Part shown: piece after piece, positions 55,357 to 64,000 of the stretch
How the letters are laid out: every line of letters begins with the position of its first letter
Numbering within the stretch: the first letter of the stretch is position 1
NCBI RefSeq assembly: GCF_009914755.1
Contig: NC_060927.1
Source of the DNA: the human T2T-CHM13v2.0 reference genome, Homo sapiens
Direction: 5' to 3' (one strand)
DNA: 64,000 nt
Notes under the pieces: model-generated
What the model was told of the DNA's origin: nothing
Seen by the model: the letters and a program-made list of their open reading frames with translations, nothing else
Database searches by the model: none
Program-made: the position numbers and the translations under genes

Positions 55357-55820
55357 GGTAGTCACTTTGGTTTGGGTAACCCAATAGCCATTTCCAACTG
55401 TCTTATTTCCATCTCACAGCTGAAAGCTTGCTTTCCTGTACTCTTCTGTAGTGAGGGATGACCATTTGACCCAGTCTTCAGAAATAAGATAGATGTAAAA
55501 GTATGCTAAGTGGTTTCTAGAAAGGCTTTTGCTTTCCTATTAAAAGGCACAGGCCGGCCTGGCTCTATCTCCCTCCTGTGTGTCTGCCTTGAATACAAGC
55601 ACGATACCTGGATCTTTGGGTGTCATTGGCATCCTTGAGGAAAAAGTCAAGAAAATCACTTGAAGCTGCTACAAACATTCTCGAATTACTAAACCAAAAC
55701 CAGCAGTCTCTCACCTCCAGATTTTTTGTTGCAAAACAAAACTGAAGTTTAATCCTTATTTGTTTAAGTAATTAGAGTTAGCTTTTCTTTTACTTGGAAC
55801 CAAAGCTATTTTAACTGATA
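55357..55820 (+). mobile_element. Old MLT1 (J/K-like) LTR
   Basis: MLT1-type 3' end (ACCTCCAGATTTTTTGTT...TTTAACTGATA). Confidence 0.6.
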
Positions 55821-57555
55821 TAGAGTAGCAAAGCATAATGCCAGAAAGCACCAGAAGTAAACATTCTTTTCATGGTTGGGCATCAGCAAAAGAATATTTA
55901 TTATAAAGAGTGATATTTATGTTTTTTCTTGACAGAAGTGGTAAATGTGAATTGGCAGAAAGGAAGGAAGACACTGCAGACGGGAGCAACCACTGGAACA
56001 AAAAGATAGAGGAAGGGGCAGGACATACGTGTATGGAATATAATAACTAGAATCACTAGACTGAAGCACAGGAAGGGACAAGGTTGGCCAGGTAAAGAAG
56101 GAGAGCCTTGAAAGATGGGTTTGTGTTTCAGGGGTTTGCGTGTCAGTAAACAGGTTTATGTTTACTGTGATACATCATTTAGAGTCATTATTGGCTCATC
56201 TAGTGAATCAGCCATCTATTTGGTGAAAGCCAGCTCTGTGGTCATCCCAAGAGGGTAGAAAGAAAAACACCTGTTCTTGCATTCAAAAAAGTTATAGTTT
56301 AATAGAGGCAAATGTATCAGGTTTCAATCTAGGAAACAGAAACCATTCCAGGTACTTCAAGTACAACGAAATATAATATAGGGAAATGGATATTTATAAA
56401 ACTTCTGGGAGGAATAGAAGGGCCAAAATCAGGGGCTCACCACTGGACAATTGAATTCAGGCAAACTTCATAAAGCTGCAGAGCATAGGGCAGCATCTGC
56501 TGATGCCACGGCTTTGTTGTCTCCAGTTACCTATGGGGATGGCTTCCAGATGGTAGAATGCTGAGCCTGGCCATTGCCTCTAAACCCTCACATCCCATGT
56601 TCTGCATGCTAGCAGCAAAGTATTAAAAAAGAGACAGAGACAGAGACAGAGACAGGGAGACAGAGAGACACAGAGAGAGAGAAAGAGAGGAAGAAAAGCA
56701 TCTGACTTCTGATTTATAGAACATAGTCTAGTTGGTAGAATCCTTTTTCACAACCAGAGCCTTGGTTGCTAAAACATCTAAATGTAGTTTCTAGTTTTTC
56801 ATCCTCTCTTACAAAACAGACTGAAGAGAAAGTACACAGAGACAGAGGGAATTTCTACTGCATTAATAGGCTTTTAAGGCATCAATTAGAGAAGTAAGGT
56901 CTTAGAGGTTCTCTGAGAGAAGGCTGGTCTCCAAGGAGGGAGGCGGGTTAGGAAAGATCTCAAAGAAGCAATGAAATTTGAACAATGCCTTGAAAGATGA
57001 ACTTACATTTGCCAGGAAAAAGAATCAGAATTGGCATTCTATGTAGACTGCCCAGTTTAAAAAAGAAAAAGTATGAAGCTGCCTGGGCATTCAGTAAGTA
57101 GCTCATTATGTCTGGAGTGTTTTGTGCAAAGTGGGGCAGGAGAAGAGGAAATGGAAGTTTAGATGGAACTTGAAAGGAAGTGAAACTCAGATCATGGTGA
57201 GTCCTGAATACCATGCAGAAAAATTTGAAATGTATCTTGAAATGAGGCTTGGGAAACCAGACCCAAGCCTCCAGCAGTGGAGTACCATGAATGAATTTAG
57301 TCCTCATAAGGATCATTCTGGATGCATGTGGAGACTAGACTGGAGGAGTTCAAGACTAGAAGCAGAGAAGCCAGTTAGAAGAGTGTTGCAATAGAAAGTA
57401 AGAAACAGAACTCTTGAGCTGGGGAGAATCTTGATATTAAACAAAGAAAAAGTGAATTGGATGCCCTGATAACTTATTTAGCTGGAAAGGTCATCCCTAA
57501 AAGACTTGAAGTAAAGTGAAGAAGAGATAATGGAGATAAGAACTAGAGTGGTGTG

Positions 57556-59435
57556 GCTCTGCCTCTGCCTCTGCCTCTGCCTCTGCCTCTCCCTCTCCCT
57601 CTTCTCTCTTCCCTCTTCCCTCTCCCCTCTCCCCTCTCCCCTCTCCCCTCTCCCTCTCGGTCTCCCTCTCCCTCTCTTTCCACGGTCTCCCTCTGATGCC
57701 GAGCCGAAGCTGGACTGTACTGCTGCCATCTCAGCTCACTGCAACCTCCCTGCCTGATTCTCCTGCCTCAGCCTGCCGAGTGCCTGCGATTGCAGGCGCG
57801 CGCCACCACGCGTGACTGGTTTTCGTACTTTTTTGGTGGAGACGGGGTTTCGCTGTGTTGGCCGGGCTGGTCTCCAGCTCCTAACCGCGAGTGATCCGTC
57901 AGCCTTGGCCTCCCGAGGTGCCGGGATTGCAGACGGAGTCTGGTTCACTCAGTGCTCAATGGTGCCCAGGCTGGAGTGCAGTAGCGTGATCTCAGCTCGC
58001 TACAACCTCCATCTCCCAGCCGCCTGCCTTGGCCTCCCAAAGTGCCGAGATTGCAGCCTCTGCCCGGCCGCCACCCCATCTGGGAAGTGAGGAGCGTCTC
58101 TGCCTGGCCCCCCATCGTCTGGGATATGAGGAGCCTCTCTGCCTGGCTGCCCAGTCTGGAAAGTGAGGAGCGTCTCTGCCCGGCCGCCATCACATCTAGG
58201 AAGTGAGGAGCGCCTCTTCCCGGCAGCCATCCCATCTGGGAAGTGAGGAGCGTCTCTGCCCGGCCGCCCATCGTCTGAGATGTGGGGAGCGCCTCTGCCC
58301 TGCTGCCCCGTCTGGGATGTGAGGAGCGCCTCTGCCCGGCCGCGACCCCGTCTGGGAGGTGAGGAGCGTCTCTGCCCAGCCGCCCCGTCTGAGAAGTGAG
58401 GAGACCCTCCGCCCAGCATCTGCCCCGTCTGAGAAGTGAGGAGCCCCTCCGCCCGGCAGCCGCCCCGTCTGAGAAGTGAGGAGCCCCTCTGCCCGGCAGC
58501 CACCCCGTCTGGGAAGTGAGGAGCGTCTCCTCCCGGCAGCTGCCCCGTCCGGGAGGGAGGTGGGGGGGTCAGCCCCCCGCCCGGCCAGCCGCCCTGTCCG
58601 GGAGGTGAGGGGCGCCTCTGCCCGGCCGCCCCTACTGGGAAGTGAGGAGCCCCTCTGCCTGGCCAGCCGCCCCGTCCGGGAGGGAGGTGGGGGGGTCAGC
58701 CCCCCGCCCGGCCAGACGCCCCATCCAGGAGGGAGGTAGGGGGGTCAGCCCCCAGCCCGGCCAGCCGCCCCGTCCGGGAGGGAGGTGGGGGGTCAGCCCC
58801 CCGCCCGGCCAGCCGCCCCGTCCGGGAGGTGAGGGGCGCCTCTGCCCGGCCACCCCTACTAGGAAGTGAGGAGCCCCTCTGCCCAGCCACCACCCCGTCT
58901 GGGAGGTGTACCCAACAGCTCATTGAGAACGGGCCGGGATGACAATGGCGGTTTTGTGGAATAGAAAGGGGGGAAAGGTGGGGAAGAGATTGAGAAATCG
59001 GATGGTTGCCGTGTCTGTGTAGAAAGAAGTAGACATGGGAGACTTTTCATTTTGTTCTGTACTAAGATAAATTCTTCTGCCTTGGGATCCTGTTGATCGG
59101 TGACCTTACCCCCAACCCTGTGCTCTCTGAAGCATGTGCTGTGTCCACTCAGGGTTAAATGGATTAAGGGCGGTGCAAGATGTGCTTTGTTAAACAGATG
59201 CTTGAAGGCAGCGTGCTCGTTAAGAAACATCACCACTCCCTAATCTCAAGTACCCAGGGACACAAACACTGCGGAAGGCCGCAGGGTCCTCTGCCTAGGA
59301 AAACCAGAGACCTTTGTTCACTTGTTTATCTGCCGACCTTCCCTCCACTATTGTCCTATGACCCTGCCAAATCCCCCTCTGCGAGAAACACCCAAGAATG
59401 ATCAATAAAAAAAATAAAAATTAAAAAAAAAAAAA
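57556..59435 (+). mobile_element. Full-length SVA (D-like): hexamer, Alu-like, VNTR (about 58050-58905), SINE-R, polyA; inserted in an L2
   Basis: All domains in order; perfect 18-bp TSD AAGAACTAGAGTGGTGTG at 57538-57555 and 59436-59453. Confidence 0.97.
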
Positions 59436-60840
59436 AAGAACTAGAGTGGTGTGAATGTAAGGTCTTGATTAGGAAAACTTAGGAGCAGGCTTTTCTAAAT
59501 GAGATCAACAGATAGGAAATGCATGGAGAAAATATGTTTTGGTGGCTTAATTTACTACTTCTGGTATCTGAGAAAAGCAGAAAAGAAATAGGGGCCAAAA
59601 GTCAGTTCATGCTTTTAAGTCTTAAATCCTGAGCCAATGGCATTGTTGTTGATAGTACTGGGCAAGTCACAAAAAATTACCAGGTTGAGAGGTGGAAGAA
59701 AATGAGTTCATTTTTGTCAAAGTAGGATTTAGCACTAAATAGCATATCAAAGTAGAGAAAAATTGTCAATGAAGTTTAAATAAACATATGATTTTCCTAT
59801 CTTCAATGGAATTAGCTAACAATGAGTTGTCATTTTTTCAATAAAATACACTTTTTGTTATGGAAAATAACTGGTGAAGTTTGTGAAACTTGTGTGCCTC
59901 TAAAATCAGAGTCTGAGGAGCTAGCTCATGGGGATAAAAGGAGCCAGTTAAAAATACCAGGAAGGAGAGAAACACACATAGGTAAACAGAAGGGGACATG
60001 CAAAGTCTATAGGTATTACTTAATACCTTTTAAGACTGACCAAAAAAATGTATAAAGAAAATTTTCTGCACAGAACCCCCATTTAGATGCTATTGTCCAA
60101 TTTCTGAATTGAAGCTGTCAACTCAGTTGGCTTCCAAGAATTACACACCAGTCTCAATCTGAAAAGACAAGACAGGGTTTTCTATAATTGTATTTGCTGG
60201 GATTTGTCCATGGAAAATGAAGAGAAAATAGCACATAGAAATTCCTCCCAAACTTGTTTTATCTTCTTTCAGCAAAACCTTTTAAAAAAAACCCTGGCAA
60301 ATAGCCAACTTTGGTGCATTATTAGAATGCAAAGTGATAAAACAAGACACATTGATCTTTGGGGCACACTGTAATAAAAGCCTTTTAAGAAGTTCAAAGG
60401 TGGAAAAAAACCTCACACATGTAAGGAAGACTTGTACCTTGACCTTTGAGCACAGCACTTACAGACATGCAATGAATCACTGGTAATTCAAAGGAAGAGG
60501 TAAGCACACTTTTCCTGCTGTCACAAAAAGAACTGCCTCTTAAAATTTCTTATCTAACTCAAATTGCAGACTTTTGAAGTGAATCAAATTGTCTTGTATT
60601 TTCTCCAATAGACAAATGTCAGTCTGAGGAACTTACTTACCGATCATTATATTATCTTCCTCTCATATCATACAACAACAACATACAGAAAATGCCTGGT
60701 ATATTTTAGACACTCAAAACTTTTTGTTTCTAATTGACAATTTGTTGACTGTCTGATTTTCCTTGTACTAGTGTCATATCCCTCCCACATCAAATTGCCA
60801 GACTTCTGTCATTTGAAGTAAGCTTTAAAATGTCATCTCT

Positions 60841-61623
<783 letters not shown>

Positions 61624-63169
61624 GTTGTAATAAAAGCATTTTAAAATAGGCACAGCATTTGTGTATAACCAAAACTGCACACTTTTAGAATAATTTTTTG
61701 TTTTATTTATTTATTTTATTGTTGGATATTCATTATTTTTGTTTCACCATAATAATTATATGACCATAAAGTAACAATTTTTAAAAAGCCCAACCTGTTA
61801 AAAGAAATAAGCCTATAATGTGATGTCAGGGACCCTCTACCATCAGCCCAGTACTCCACCATCCCTTTATTTGTAGCCTGAAATTTCTTCAACAAGGCAT
61901 AATACCTTTCACTGTACAGATACCCCTGGGAAAAAATGATAGGATGTAGTGGAGGAGAATTGCTGAATGCTGGCTGATTGTAAAAGCACAAGTTTCAAGG
62001 TTCCAAATTGTGAAACACTGATATTATCCTGCTCTTCTGGCTGAGAGGCATTTGCTGGATATTCCTAGCTTGAATGGGGACTGAATTCCTGTCCAGATAA
62101 GGGGACTGACTCTTAGACTTTATCCTGGTATGAAGGTTAATGATGGAGCATCTTCGTGGGTCTTCTGACTGATAATGTGAAATGCCACTGGAAAACATTG
62201 AATCAATAAAAAATGCCAACCGGCTTTGATATGCCATGTGTATATGGGGATTGAAACTCCATGACATCTCTCAGGTTTCCAAATTCCACACCTTTTTGTG
62301 TAGAGAGGTTGGGAGGGAGAGTGAGTTGTTCGTTCTGAGTCTGAATCCCTTCCACAGTGGCTTCCTGCCTTTGCATCATTCTCTGTAACAAGCATCTTTC
62401 AATCTCTCTTTTTTTTTTGGTGGGGGAAGCATGGGAGTATCTATTTGTCTTGAAATCACTCACTTGTCCTTCCCCTACTCCTGGAAGAAGCACTCTCTAC
62501 CCTCTAATCAGTTACTATCAAACTAGTAGATGGGTTGTCTCTATTCAGAATGTCACTCCCTGCCAAAGCGAATCACCTCATCTTCTAAGGGGGCCCCCAT
62601 CTCCAGGTAGCCTGTCACTAATGAAGAGTGATAGTTGGAGTGGATATCATCACTCCGAAAGCAACCACTCCAAAAGTGATATTTTCTTTTTTCATATATC
62701 CAACCCTTACAGATAAAAGTCTTCAAAAATACCAGAGATAATGAATATTTATTATAATTAATTTCCCACTGGCAAAATTTTCTCCCAGAAAGATGCATAC
62801 CATATGCCAAGGAGTTCATGGGACTGTTTGAAACATTAGAAACTTTATTCAAGACAGCTAGGTGTATGACAAAATTGTATATAGTTGATCATATACCTAC
62901 CCCCTCTTGTGTCTTTCACCTGCCTCTGGTGCACAGACATACCCCAACCTCTGCCATAGTCTCATCTTTATACCTGTATCTCAATCGGATCATTAAATAT
63001 TTTTGTTTAATTATCTAAGATTGGGTGCTAATGTTGTTTATTCTTTCTAGGTTTGTAGTTTCTTTTCCTTTTTCTCATTTTCCTTTTCAGGACTATATGT
63101 CTATATTCTTCACCCAAAGCTCTTGTCTTTATAGCATCATAGTTCTCATCTAGAGTAACCAAAGGCTTA

Positions 63170-63533
63170 GGTACTAGTCCGTTCTCATACTGCTATGAAG
63201 AAATACCCAAGATTGGGTAATTCATAAAGGAAAGAGGTTTAATGGACTCACAGTTCCACATGGCTGGGGAGACCTCACAATCATGGGAGGAGGCCAAGGA
63301 GGAGCAAAGGCACATCTTATATGGCAGCAGGGAAGAGAGAGCGTGTTCGGGGGAGCTGCCTTTTATAAAACCATCAGATTTCATGAAACTTATTCCCTAT
63401 CATGACAGCAACCTGAGAAAAACCCACTCCCGTGATTCAATTACCTCTCACCAAGCCCCTCCCATGACAGGTGGGGATTATGGGAGCTACAATTCAAGAT
63501 GAGATTTGGGTGAGGACACAGCCAAACCATATG
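63170..63533 (-). mobile_element. THE1C/D-like solo LTR (MaLR)
   Basis: THE1 consensus ...GAGGACACAGCCAAACCATAT; GGCTTA on both flanks. Confidence 0.88.
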
Positions 63534-64000
63534 GGCTTACTACTCTTGGGAAGAAAATCTGATGGTAACAATGGAAAATACAGCATCCTACTAATACTGG
63601 AACATCAAAAAGGCCAGACTCTGTAACCATTATACCTCTATTAAAAGTGGAATTTCTACAAAATTCCTCCTAGGAACCCTTGGTATGGGGATAATAATAG
63701 TTTTGAGATCCTTGGAACATGCACTAAATTTGATTTTCTAGTTCCAAAGGATAATATTCTCAGGCTTGCTTGAGAAACATATATTACAACTGATAACAAA
63801 GAAAAATGATTATGCTAAGTCATTTAATGCCTATTACATGACCAGGATAAATTAAATAATCTGGATTTAAGACTCATGAGAAAGTCATTAATTCTACCTG
63901 AGGAACCTCCAAAAAATGGAGCCAAGGCCTGCCATGGATATAGGAAGCCCCTGGCAATCTCCCCAACTCACTCTTGCCCATTTCCATCTGCTCTGGTACA

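Noticed and set aside
56312-56800. Possible ancient LTR with a GA-rich tract
   Set aside because: Too degenerate to assign a family or boundaries
58050-58905. Tandem GC-rich 35-50 bp repeats that superficially resemble a CRISPR array
   Set aside because: This is the SVA VNTR: no unique spacers, eukaryotic context
57478-59401. Cluster of Pro/Gly/Arg-rich ORFs
   Set aside because: Artefacts of the SVA hexamer, Alu-like and VNTR domains

Overview
Hominid (most likely human) genomic DNA holding the 5' part of MORC1, a germline GHKL-ATPase transposon silencer, on the minus strand. I reconstructed coding exons 1-9 (815 nt, 271 codons) by hand from GT-AG splice sites; all intron phases are consistent, and the ORF track misses these exons. 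The CpG-island promoter lies at about 52.2-52.6 kb. The rest is repeat-rich intron and upstream sequence. It includes many Alus, L1s of several ages (one with a twin-priming inversion), solo LTRs (MER68, THE1, MER41B, MST, MLT1, MER65), DNA transposon relics, L2/MIR, and a full-length SVA about 5 kb upstream of the promoter. I see no new protein-coding system. The most interesting signals are regulatory and remain hypotheses: a MER41B LTR with two intact GAS/STAT sites, a paired E-box and E2F6 site (PRC1.6-type) in the promoter, the head-to-head SVA, sequence-visible antisense exons, opposed splice donors upstream of the promoter, and a candidate poison exon with a recursive-type splice site in the 23.7 kb intron 8. 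Repeat subfamily names come from recalled consensus sequences, not from a search.
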